Source: Octopus bimaculoides (taxonomy: Eukaryota). Taken from it: DNA of 64,000 nucleotides. Below, in pieces: positions 24,986-37,204 of this stretch. How positions within the stretch are numbered: the stretch's first letter is position 1; the number at the start of each line of letters is the position of its first letter. The stretch lies in contig NC_068985.1 in assembly GCF_001194135.2 (NCBI RefSeq), positions 49,565,221-49,629,220 on the forward strand. Direction: 5' to 3'. The notes under the pieces are model-generated. The model had not been told where the DNA came from and made no database searches. It was given only the letters and a program-made list of their open reading frames with translations. A program made the position numbers and the translations under genes.

Positions 24986-25760
24986 TATTATCACTTATCA
25001 ACATCCAGATATATTTTGACAGCAAGGCAGTGTAGTATCTTTCTGTGTGTCTAAATGTATGTATATGTTGCTTGAATCTTCTTTTAAAAGAATTCTGAGT
25101 AAGTCCTATGTAGTTTTCCTTTTCTCTAACATTTGCAAGAGAGATCTTAGCTCAGTAACTTAATGCTTTAGAAAGACACATGCCACTGAGAGGACAGATA
25201 TTAGGATTGAAGGTATTACATAGAGAAGAATTTTGCTTGTTAGTATCAGAGTTTTCTACTGTTTAAACTGACAAAAGAAACTTCAGAAATCTTGGAGCAA
25301 CTGTAGCTATCTTGATAACACTAAAACTCTAGGGATGTTTGTGTGCAACTGAAATATCTCAGAAATAATATACTTTGTCTTAATTTTTTTACATATCAAT
25401 TTTCATACTTACCTTCAGCAGTGCAGTACAATTTTTTTGACATTTGAACCTCTATTTAAATGAGTAAACACAATTTTTATTATTTCTTGATGAAAAAAAT
25501 GCATGGTTTCCATGACATCAACACACATACACACATACAAAATACACACACATATAATGAATGTCATGGCATGTCAATCAACACAAACACATGTTCACTA
25601 TCTGTGACATATACACACACACACTGTCTTCAAGCTTTCTAAGAAAAAAAAAAACCATTGACTTTTTGACAATATTTTTTTCATTTAGAAATATTTTTAA
25701 CTGAATGTGATTTCATTATCCAGAGTTCGTTAATCTTTGTAAATTTTTTTTATTTATTTA

Positions 25761-26085
25761 CTTTTGTTTTAAAGTGAATGAGAGGAGAAAGTGAAAGATG
25801 TATGTACATGTGTGTGTGTTTGAAAAAGAGAGAGAGAGATAGGAAGAGAGAGAGAGAGAGATAGGAAGAGAGATAGGAAGAGAGAGAGAGAGATAGGAAG
25901 AGAGGGAGAGATAGGAAGAGAGAGAGAGAGAAAGATAGATAGAGTGACTGAAGGGGTGTGCTGTCATGTATACATACATACCTCAATACATATGCATGCA
26001 TCTTTTTGTATGTACGTGTGCATGTGTGTGGGTGAGAGAGAGAGAGAGAGTGAACATGCATTCTCATGTGGCACACACACACACA

Positions 26086-26116
<31 letters not shown>

Positions 26117-26180
26117 GTCCACTTCATATACATGTTCATACATCTTTCCCTTTCTCCTCTATTTCACTTTAAAACAAGAA
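25761..26180. mobile_element. Foldback/MITE-like element with ~55-bp TIRs and microsatellite-filled interior
   Basis: 25761-25815 is the inverted complement of about 26125-26180; a related copy at about 60915-61275 shares internal anchor motifs. Confidence 0.6.
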
Positions 26181-28148
26181 TAACAGGGTATTCTCACAAT
26201 AAAAATTGTTAAAAAAATGCTTCTACTCAAGTAAATTGATTACTATTGTTTGGATAGTTCCCATTAAATAAGTCCAGAGTCCAGAAGTTAGGTTAACTAT
26301 ATATATACATGCATAAGTACTGTGAATTCCCATTCTACAAACTGTCAAACAATTCTGTGTATACTTTACCAAGCAAGGCTGGGTAGTAAGTCTAGTATCT
26401 ATTAAAAATCTTGTATCTATGGTCTAAGGGAAATGTTTATTCAATAAGATTTAACAAAATCTTAATAACATTGAAATATATATTTAAACTATAGAGGATT
26501 AAACTACATATTTTGCTCTCTATTTTTTTATATATTAGTTCTGTTCTATATGTCATGCAATCTATCTTTCAAATTACTGTCATTTAATGCATCATTCAAA
26601 TTATGAGTAATGTAATTAAAGGATTCCTCATCAGAAGAGAAACTAGGTATGTTTGCTTACTAATATTATTAACTAAGTTTCTCAGAATTATTGGAGGATG
26701 GTTGGAATGAATATATATCAGCAGAAGATGGGCAGTGTCTTTGGCCTTGACAGGACCTTGTAGACTAGTGAGGTTGAATATCGACTTTGCTTTTCATCCT
26801 TTAGAGGTCAATTAAATAAGTACCAGTTACACACTGGAGTTGATGTAATCGACTTAATCCCTTTGTCTGTCCTTGTTTGTCCCCTCTATGTTCAGCCCTC
26901 TGTGGGCAATAAAGAAATAAATATTGGCTTAGAAGGAAGTTATGGTTGTGGTATAGTTAAGTGATAACAATTTTGTGCAACACCATACAAACTGTTTGCA
27001 AATGACCAAAATATTAAGAAATTCTAAAAACCACTAAAATAAAAAATAACAAAAATAATCTTAAAGTAATAAAAAAGTTGACACTTGTTATTTAGCAAAA
27101 GGTCAGCTCTCACAAAGCAGAATAATGATAAAGTGTTCCGGCCATCACCATTCCATCTTATTTTCAGGCATTGATCCAGGACTACTACATACAATCCAAT
27201 GTATCATTTCTTTATTTGAGATTATAAAGTATGGTTTAATAGAAATTTGACTGAAATTTCTTGGAAAATTGAACTACCACATAGAAAGTATCTCCTTGAT
27301 TTGCACAGAAAAGTTGATAATTGTGACATACTGTTTTGTTGTTATTGTTGTTGTTGTTTGTTTGTTTTTTGTTAAAATATCCAATAATTGGTTTGGGATT
27401 GGGTCAATAGGTTCTTCACAAACTTTCTGAAACTATATATATGGGAAAGCAATTTTCTGTTTGTTGCATTTATGTAAAAGAACTGAGGTCTTTCACTATA
27501 TGTTTGTCTGTATCTTTTTTTGTAATTATTCCCAAACATGTGTTATTATTACTTAGGTGAAATGCTTTGTGGTATTTCATCTGTCTTTACGTTCTGAGTC
27601 CAAATTCCACTGAGGTCAACATTTCCTTTCATCCTAACGAGGTCGTTAAATTAAGTACCAAAATTTTGGGCCTTGTACCTAGAGTAGAAAAGATTATTAT
27701 TATTTTAAAGTGATTGTTTCTGTTTCTAATCATTCCATTCTATTTTTCTGCATTTCAAGATTTCACTAGTTGTTTCCCCAGATGCATTGTTATCTGTTAT
27801 GATTATTAAAATTCCAGTTGAAGATAATATGTATATAAGTATGACAACATGTTCAATTTATACAGGTATGTAAACCTTTGACCATTTGGCATTTAAACCT
27901 GCCATATTCAGCCCAAATATTCTGTTTTGTGTTCAAATTGGACAGATCTGGCCTCTCACACCTAATGTCATTCTAAAATTAAACAATCACAATATTGGAA
28001 TCTCAAAGCTACAAGTTAATGCATGATTAATTCAAAATAATTTGAATAAATAATCATTACATTTGACAGAACAATCTTAAAGAGTTGAGATACAAAAAGA
28101 CCATGGAAATGGTCTTCCATATATTCATGTTAAACATCTGCTATTATA

Positions 28149-28540
28149 GGCGCAGGAGTGGCTGTGTGGTAAGTAGCTTTCTTACCAACCACATGGTTCC
28201 GGGTTCAGTCCCACTGTGTGGCACCTTGGGCAAGTGTCTTCTACTATAGCCTCAGGCCGACCAAAGCCTTGTGAGTGGATTTGGTAGACGGAAACTGAAA
28301 GAAGCCTGTCGTATATATGTATATGTACATATATGTGTGTTTGTGTGTCTGTGTTTGTCTCCCCAACATCGCTTGACAAACAATGCTGGTGTGTTTATGT
28401 CCCTGTAACTTAGCAGTTCGACAAAGAGATCGAGAAAATAAGTACTAGGTTTACAAAGAATAAGTCATGGGGTCGATTTGCTTGACTAAAGGCGGTGCTC
28501 CAGCATGGTCGCAGTCAAATGACTGAAACAAGTAAAAGAG
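28149..28540 (+). mobile_element. Family A SINE, best-preserved full-length copy
   Basis: GGCGCAGGAGTGGCTGTGTGGT head with A/B-box-like motifs, CORE-like ACCTTGGGCAAG, (TATG/TG)n linker, tail ending GTAAAAGAG. Confidence 0.9.
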
Positions 28541-28579
28541 TATATGTGGAATGGCTCCAAGTATTAAAGATCATCTACC

Positions 28580-29030
28580 ACCTTCCATCATTGTCATTTA
28601 ATGACCACTTTTTCATGCTCATTTAGGTCAGACAGAATTTGTTGAGGCAAATTTTCCCACAGTTTGATGCTCTTCTTATTGCCAACCCTCACCTGTTTCA
28701 AAGTAAGGTCATTTTTTCCTCGTGGTCGGACATATTACCACAAAAGATTGGAAATGAAGTACACTGCTTGTATGATGGTGATACTTGTTTGCAACTGTCA
28801 CACAATATCAAGACAAGTAAACACAAACTCTCTCTCACTTTTCTCTCCCTCCCTCTATCACACAGACACACAGACATATGTATACGATGTGCTTCTTTCA
28901 GTTTTCAAATCCATTTACAAGGCTTCACAGGACTATAGCAAAAGACACATGCCCAGAGTGCCACACAGAGGGACTGAATTTGAAACCAAGTGATTGAGAA
29001 GCAAGCTTCTTAATCACATAGCAATGCTTG
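28580..29030 (-). mobile_element. SINE with family A head and alternative RTE-derived tail (A-head/B-tail)
   Basis: Reverse complement: A head, linker, then ...GAAACAGGTGAGGGTTGGCAATAAGAAGAGCATC...GCCTCAACAAATTCTGTCTGACC...TTAAATGACAATGATG. Confidence 0.7.
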
Positions 29031-30057
29031 CACCTTTGTAGAAAAAAAATGTAATAAATAAGGTTGATTAACACAATTGTTAGATCAGATAAGATGCATT
29101 GCAGTATTTAGCTCTGAAGCCTTATATTCTGATTTAAAATCAATTGAGGTCAATTTTGCCTTAAAATCCCTTTTGGGGTCAATGAAATAAAATACCAGTC
29201 TAGTATTAAGGTTGTTTTAATTGACAACACCCTCCTCGAAAATGTGTAGAGTAATGCATATTCAAGAAAGTATTATTATTATTATTATTATTATTATCAG
29301 TTGCAGTTCTGTCATGACATTAAAAATTGTGTCATTGAATTTATGTGATGCCACAATCTTGGCAATGGAATCTGTTAATTCCCTCTAGACATTTCTTTTG
29401 TCTGGCTATTTTACGTAGCTCTTCCAAAGAGCCCCATAAATTGCTTTCTTCTTTTTGTTTTACTGAAATATGAAGAAGATATAGAAAGTTAGATGTATCA
29501 ATTATCACATCCATCCTAACTGCCTAGAAATATTTTAATTCTGCTGACTGCGACATTCACATATGTTGGGGGGGGGGTTAGCTAACTTTCCCAAAGTTGC
29601 AGGAAATTCATTTTATTCTGTCCCAAAGGACTACATAAGGAAATAAAGACACATATTTAAGTATGTTTATATATGTTGGTTCTTTAACAAACAAATGAAT
29701 GTGCGTGTGTGTGTATATATATATATATNNNNNNNNNNNNNNNNNNNNNNNNNNNNNNNNNNNNNNNNNNNNNNNNNNNNNNNNNNNNNNNNNNNNNNNN
29801 NNNNNNNNNNGTGCATGTGTGTGTGTGTGTAGACAAGTATGCACTTATATTTTTTCCAGTCAAGATTTTTTTCTTTTTAAGAGGGATTCTGTAACTCATG
29901 TGTTGAGGATTTTAATAGTAATTTTTTTTTTTCTCATTCAGAAACTTCCTGTGAAATCTCTGTTGATTTCTCACTTTCGTTACAAACATCAAACTTTCCA
30001 CACAAAGCTACAATCACATTAAGACAACATAGAACTACACAGAGATATATACATGTA

Positions 30058-30099
<42 letters not shown>

Positions 30100-30867
30100 C
30101 AAATCTATATATAACAAAGTATATAAAAAATAGTATATAAATAAACAATCAAAAACCAAATAAATATATAAATATATATAAATCTAAGCCAATCATTGAA
30201 AGGAAATCTCTTAGAATCTTCAACCTGGCAATGACCCACTTTCTAAAGCATCATCATCATCAACACCATCATCATCAACTTTTATTTGTTCTAATCATAT
30301 AACACCAGTGGTTAAAAGCGACTCAAATTAGCCAAGACAGTTTCTATGTGGTCACCCGGCTCGCTAAAAATAGCAACCAAATACCCCTTACATCCAAATT
30401 GAACATCTTTAAAAAGGAACATAATGGCAATATAATCCAGGGTGTTCTATGCCAGAAGAAATGCAGGATAGTTACAACTAGAATGCCTTTGGTTATAGAT
30501 CTGTTAAACCAAGTGGCCTTCTCAATCAGAATTTGTCATTTGTCATTATTATTTTTGTTTAAACCTCCTACCCCCACCTCAATCAGCCCTATTTGAGCTT
30601 AGCTTTGTCAAAGACACTCCATTTATGACCATCCCATCTTCTTCCCAGATTTTAGCAGACTACATTATTCAATGCATCATTTCCCAGCACTGAAGGATGT
30701 AAATTGAAGGACATTTAGCTGATATTTCTAGCTGATCAAGTGACTACATAGTGGCTCTCACCATTGGTTCATATCTTTTATTTCTTGATGGCAATACCAG
30801 AAATGTCATACATGTGTGGAGGATCTAAGACTCCATTTGACACCTCTAGTTTTTGGTCATCAAGGAC

Positions 30868-30962
30868 TAATGATGTTATCTTGTCCCAAATACTCCAATT
30901 TCTTTCCTACTAGATACAGTTAGGAAAGAAACCAGAGTATTTGGGGCAAGTTAATATCATTA
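30868..30962 (-). ncRNA. Candidate pri-miRNA-like hairpin
   Basis: Indel-free 42-nt arms and an 11-nt loop; on the minus strand 39 of 42 positions pair (36 Watson-Crick, 3 G:U), with 2 A:C and 1 A:A mismatches. Confidence 0.4.
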
Positions 30963-31635
30963 TTGACAATATCACAATCATTGTTGAGGTCAACATCACA
31001 TTGTTGACATTCCTAGTTGGACACAAAGGTTACCAGTAACCATTATCTATACAAACTGTGTTGAATTATACATCAACACTAAAACGGCACACTTAATAAT
31101 AAAAATAATTACCATCACACACAATCGATCAATAGATAAATAGACAGACAGACAGACAGACAGACACACACACACAAACACACACACACAAACATATATC
31201 CTTATTGTTACTACTACTATCACTGCTATCAACACTAATTCCTCTTGTAACCAATCTTTCAGTTTCCACCCATATTACACCTAAAACATGTAAGATCTCC
31301 CAGTATCCCACAGAGATTTGGTGATAAATTATTCCTTCATCCATTTATTCAAGTTTAGTTGAGAATATGAAACCCCTTGTTGAGGGATAGGTTGAGGGCA
31401 ATTGAAAAATCTTTTTATTTCAGGTTTCAAAACTAAAGCAAACAGCAGTTAAATCTCCCTCAAATTTGACTCACATGGCTGTGTGGTAAGAAGCTTGTTT
31501 TCAAGTTACATGGTTCAGGGCTCAGTCCCACATACAAGCGTCTTCTACTATAGCCTTGGGCTGATCAAAACCTTGTGAGTGGATTTCGTAGACAGAAACT
31601 GAAAGAAGTCCATCATATATATGTGTGTGTGTGTA

Positions 31636-32848
31636 TTGGGTTATCCCATAAATAATGCAGTTTTTTTAATTGCATGAACTAAAAGTTGAAAGGAGATGGG
31701 ATAAACTACCTGCATCAACTTGCTATAAAAGCAGGTAGTTATTTTACCTTGTACTTATTCTGAGTGCAAGTTTTGAAGAGTGCAGTTCGATTTTAACAGT
31801 TATTTTTTCAAAGCTATAATGGAAGGAACAAAGGAGCATATTCAGTATATTTTACTTTCTGCATTCAATAAAGGCAACAATGCAACAGTAAGTGCAAGGA
31901 ATATTAATACAGTATAAGGAGACCGGACAATAAGCATAAGCCAATGTCAATGGTGGTATCAAAAATTCAGCACTGAAACTATAGCCTAGAAGACGAGCCT
32001 CATCCTGGAAGATCTGTAGAGCTCGACGAGGTCGCCCTGCAAAACCTTGTAACTGTTAAAGAACTAGCAGAGAAGCTTTGATTTGGTCATTCAACCATTC
32101 ACCGATACCTGTGTGCAAATAGTGTCAATGGGTTCCTCACAAACTTTCCAAGTCTAATCACTTACGGAGAGTGAATGTGTGCTCTTCGTTCTTGTCACAT
32201 CTCACAAATGAACCTTTTTGGACCAAATAAAAATGTCAAGTGCTGAAGACAGTGGGTAGGGAAAGGAGAAACACCAACACCCCAGGCTAAAGAAGGTCTT
32301 CACCCACGTAAGATGTTATCTGTTTGGTGGGATACGAATGGTTTAGTCCACTTTCAACTTTTAAACCCAAACCAAATGATAACAAAGGAGATCCACTGCA
32401 AGCAGCTTGAGTGGTTTAAGTCAGTACTAGAAGAAAAACAACCATCTTTGGTTTCAAGACGAAAGGTGTTCTTCCATCAGGATAATGCTTGGCCACATAC
32501 AGCGAGGATGACATTCCAAAGGCTGGAGCAGTTTGAATGAGAAACGATGCTCCACCCACCATATTCACTGGACATTGCCCCCATCTGATTATCATTCTGC
32601 AGTCTTCAAAATCATTTGGACAGAAAAAATATGAATTCTGCAGACGAGGTCAGAGCAGTACTGAAGGAGTATTTTTCATCACGGACAAGTGAATTTTGGA
32701 AGAGGGACCATGCAAATCTACCAGATAGATGGAAGAGTATTGCAGAAAATGAAGGAGAGTATATTCTAGATTAAAAAGAACTTTGTTTATCTTAATTTTG
32801 AAAAGTAAAAGAAGTATAAAAAACTGCATTATTTATGGGATGACCCAA
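31636..32848 (+). mobile_element. Complete but inactive mariner (DD34D) element, 1213 bp, TA TSD
   Basis: TIRs TTGGGT(T/C)ATCCCATAAATAATGCAGTTTTT flanked by TA; decayed transposase from ATG 31819 to TAA 32774 with WVPHKL, MLSVWWD, HQDNAWPH and PYSLDIAPSDY motifs; stops and frameshifts. Confidence 0.95.
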
Positions 32849-33062
32849 TATATCTATGTGTGTATGTTTGTGCCTGTATTTGTCCACCACCACTTCTTGA
32901 CAACTGTTGTTAGTGTGTTTGTGTCCTGGTAACTTGGCAGTTCAGCAAAAAGAGACTGATAGAATAAGTACCTGGCTTAAAAAATAAGTACTGGGATTGA
33001 TTCATTTGACTAAAAATCCAAGGTGGTGCTCCAGCATGGCTGCAGTGTAATGAATGAAACAA

Positions 33063-33093
<31 letters not shown>

Positions 33094-33096
33094 TAT

Positions 33097-33259
33097 AGGT
33101 GCAGGAGTGGCTGTGTAGTAAGTAGCTTGTTTACCAACCACATGGTTCCAGGTTCAGTCCCACTGCATGGCACCTTGGGAAAGTGTCTTCTAGTATAACC
33201 TCGAGCCAACCAAAGCCTTGTGAGTGGATTTGGTGGACAGAAACTGAAAGAAGCCCATT

Positions 33260-33301
<42 letters not shown>

Positions 33302-33352
33302 NNNNNNNNNNTGTGAGTGGATTTGGTGGACAGAAACTGAAAGAAGCCCATT

Positions 33353-33403
<51 letters not shown>

Positions 33404-33600
33404 TTTCTGTGCTTGTCCCCCCAACATCATTTGACAACTGATGCTGGTGTGTTTACATCCACATAACTTAGCGGTTCAGCAAAAAGAGACTGATAGAATA
33501 AGTACTAGGCTTACAAAGAATAAGTCCTGGGGTCGATTTTCTCGACTAAAGGTGGTGCTCCAGTATGGCCACACTCAAATGACTGAAACAAATAAAAGAA
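33097..33600 (+). mobile_element. Family A SINE (with artefactual internal duplication across a 10-N gap)
   Basis: Full head and tail; about 60 bp duplicated identically either side of the gap. Confidence 0.85.
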
Positions 33601-35013
33601 TACACTGGATAATGTCCTCAATACACATCTGGGGAAAAGGTATGGTGGTCATATTTGGAAAGCCTGCGACCATAGGTTTCCTTAATATTATTGTTTAAGC
33701 CCTAATTTGATCTGGGGCTAAACATTAATGACTCTTCACTAAGGCAATACATAAGACCCATAATAGCTTATGCTTCACCTGCTTTGCTCCTTAATCTTTC
33801 CATAACAAGCAACAACAAAATACACAGATACACATGTCACAGCATTGCAGGCTGTAAGCAAACCACACCCACAGACCACCTACACACTGAAACAAAAACA
33901 CATGAATTGAAAGATGACCTGGAAAATTTGAGATGCAAATTTTGTTATTGCAGTAAACTGCAATCCTCCCAGTTTCAGCCACTACATACATATGTATATA
34001 TACAATCCTACCACCACTACTCCAAATATCCAGTACTCCAGGACACTATCATAATAATAATATGATAAAATCGCTATCCCTCCAACTCAGTCCAAACAAG
34101 CATAAAATATAAACCCACTAAAGATAGTGGCAGAATTCATAGCATCAAAATCTGAATCACTTATAGAGAAAAGTACAAAAGAAATGAAACTGCAGTGTTC
34201 AAACTAAGTCCAGCTTATATTCATGTATTGAAGATGCTATAGGAGTTGATTGAGCAGTGTAACACTGTACTTCATATGATAAACAAGCACATGTAAAAGT
34301 GAGCAGTGTGATAGTTGACATTATAGATGCAAGATATATCTAGAGCACTGCACATGTGGCTTCCACAAAGTCATTTGACTGACTTCTTATTTGAGCCAAC
34401 AAGAGAGTTTCTACATAAGTCATCCAATCTCCAAGAGACAGCAACAAAATCTCCTTTAAATTATATATTGTCTTAAGAAGGAAAAGAGACATATCAGATA
34501 ATGTAGCATTACACACAAAATCACATATTTTCAATATCACACACATCTGTATCGTTCAATCTATGTAGCTTTCTCACTAGAAGTGGGGTAGTATAAAAAC
34601 TAACACTTCCTTTTTCCAAGCTGAGATTCGAAGCCGAATCTAATGATTCTCATTCATCTGATCCACCACTGGCCAATCAGGTGTGAAAGAAATTTCTTTG
34701 TCCTGTCAAAAAGTGATGGATGGATTTCTCTTCGACCTACAACCTCAGTTGTGCCATTTAAGGTTCAGGTGGACAGGAGGTGACCTACATAGGTAGAAAT
34801 TGCTCCTGTGGTGTGTCTGTCTTTCAAGATGTCATGACCATTATAAATACAGTCAGACATGCGGTAGGAAGCAGATAGTCATCACCAGGCGAACGGTCAA
34901 GAGACAAGCAGACAGTCAGTAGTTAACTTGTGCCAGTCAAGCAGCCAGCACAGAACCACATATTCTGCATGAACGACCCAACACAGTAGCAGTCACAGAA
35001 CATAAACAGACTC

Positions 35014-35098
35014 GACTGAATGACCAACGCACACACAGACATGACTGAATGACCAATGTACACACAGACACAACTGAATAACCAATGCACACACAGAC
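35014..35098. repeat. 29-bp minisatellite x3 (RACTGAATRACCAAYGYACACACAGAC)
   Basis: Directly visible. Confidence 0.9.
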
Positions 35099-35434
35099 AC
35101 AAAACATGCCTGGTTCTACCTCATCACCATTTTCTGATGTATACAACACATAAATGCAAGCGTCAATTAAATAAATTATTTAAACCACAATCCGATGCTT
35201 TCTCATTGTTTTACTTTGATGTCATCCACATACATATTTCATCTGCTACCTCAATGACAACTTTTGCTACACCATTCCTGCAACATGTGATAGACGAAAT
35301 AGGGATTTTGATTGAAGTATCTATAAAACTACTTTTTAAACATCAAATAGCTATGGGGGTCTACCAGAATAAAGTAGTAATGCACAGGATCCATAGGTAA
35401 ACAAATGGTTGAGAACCACTGGTCCATGATATCA

Positions 35435-35512
<78 letters not shown>

Positions 35513-35519
35513 CAGTAGT

Positions 35520-35720
35520 ATCACTCTAAATCAGCAACACCACTATTCCATTGTGGGTCTCACTTAAGGTTTTTAGGGAGTCAGTCATTGTTGGATGCTG
35601 AAGAATTTTCTGACTCTGAAGACTAGCCAGTCTTTCACTTGCAGTCTTAACCATGTTAAAGACAAGCATTCACGAGGAGAGATTTTCAATGAGAGTGAGG
35701 CCTAGCATTTGGAGCAATCA
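35520..35720 (-). mobile_element. Jockey/CR1-like LINE RT C-terminal remnant
   Basis: Reads ...SQKILQHPTMTDSLKTLSETHN..., resembling R.I..P.LTDSL..L.HRR. Confidence 0.35.
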
Positions 35721-36466
35721 CCAGGGCTCAACATATGTTTAAGTAAATGGCAAAGTTTACCTTGGTAGAAACTAGACCTAGTATGTAAAGGGACCAAACT
35801 AAATATCAGATTTTGTTTGCCTTACTACTACATTAAATTAAAATAAAATTAACAACAATATGAAAAGAAACAGACCACAGAAAAGTGTATCCCCAATTTA
35901 CTCAAGCTGCTAATTAGGAGCTTGTTAATATCCCCACCAAATTTTCTAAAGTACTATATAAAAATCTAGAAACTTATTTCATTGCAACATAAATTAAGCA
36001 ATATTTAAGTCGGCATTAACATATTTAATGCAGAGAGAATTATAAAAACATAACAGACTTTACTGTACTTAAGCTAATTAGCAGTGATGAAAGAATCACT
36101 AAGTAAACATATAACACTGTACATTAGTTGGCTCTTTAGTTTGGTTTAGCAATCACATTCACGATCATACAAGAAAACTGCATTCACATAGGAAAGCAGA
36201 ATTGTTTAGAGAATAAATAACTCAGAGACACCATTTTCAGGAAAAACAACAGCTAAGTTAGCATTAACATCTTTTAATACAGGAAGCATTAAAAACTAAC
36301 AAGAAATATGTGTCAAGGAAAAAAATACAATATCAGCTCAATTCTTAGTGTTGTTTTAGTTATTTTAGCAAATATACAAACATGTTTCAGTATTATTACT
36401 TAATCAATGAAGCATAATTAAAACAATATTTATAGTGATTTATTTTGGTTTTTATTCTCCACATAG

Positions 36467-36523
36467 GCTCAAAGGTCTGGAAGAGAGACAACATGTTGAA
36501 GCATCAGTGTCCCAGAATCCTTT
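36467..36523 (+). CDS. Possible 57-nt internal exon of an unidentified gene
   Basis: ttttattctccacatag|...|gtaaga; two open frames (LKGLEERQHVEASVSQNP or SKVWKRDNMLKHQCPRIL); no homology recognised. Confidence 0.2.
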
Positions 36524-36669
36524 GTAAGAATGAGCGAAGTGTGTTACGAACACATTGTTATTGTAAAAAGGTGTTCAAATTTGCCAGAACATACTAAAAA
36601 TAAGTTTGCAAATCATCGTAAAAAGAAGAAATTTATAACAATTTACAAAAACAACGATCTGTCAGTCAG

Positions 36670-36724
<55 letters not shown>

Positions 36725-37204
36725 NNNNNNNNNNNNNNNNNNNNNNNNNNNNNNNNNNNNNNNNNNNNNNNNNNNNNNNNNNNNNNNNNNNNNNNNNNNN
36801 NNNNNNNNNNNNNNNNNNNNNNNNNNNNNNNNNNNNNNNNNNNNNNNNNNNNNNNNNNNNNNNNNNNNNNNNNNNNNNNNNNNNNNNNNNNNNNNNNNNN
36901 NNNNNNNNNNNNNNNNNNNNNNNNNNNNNNNNNNNNNNNNNNNNNNNNNNNNNNNNNNNNNNNNNNNNNNNNNNNNNNNNNNNNNNNNNNNNNNNNNNNN
37001 NNNNNNNNNNNNNNNNNNNNNNNNNNNNNNNNNNNNNNNNNNNNNNNNNNNNNNNNNNNNNNNNNNNNNNNNNNNNNNNNNNNNNNNNNNNNNNNNNNNN
37101 NNNNNNNNNNNNNNNNNNNNNNNNNNNNNNNNNNNNNNNNNNNNNNNNNNNNNNNNNNNNNNNNNNNNNNNNNNNNNNNNNNNNNATATATATATATATA
37201 TATA

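Noticed and set aside
26622-26750. Spliced WW-like peptide DSSSEEKL/ELLEDGWNEYISAEDG
   Set aside because: Needs a 39-nt intron, the upstream acceptor is weak, and a stop follows before a second WW tryptophan region
28149-28216. tRNA gene
   Set aside because: tRNA-like A/B boxes are the head of a multicopy SINE and run straight into the CORE-like body; no full cloverleaf
33222-33365. Tandem duplication inside a SINE
   Set aside because: Identical sequence either side of a 10-N gap: an unmerged contig overlap, i.e. assembly artefact
34570-34960. LTR-like, GC-richer segment with TATAAATA
   Set aside because: Could not find TG...CA termini with a matching TSD; left unclassified
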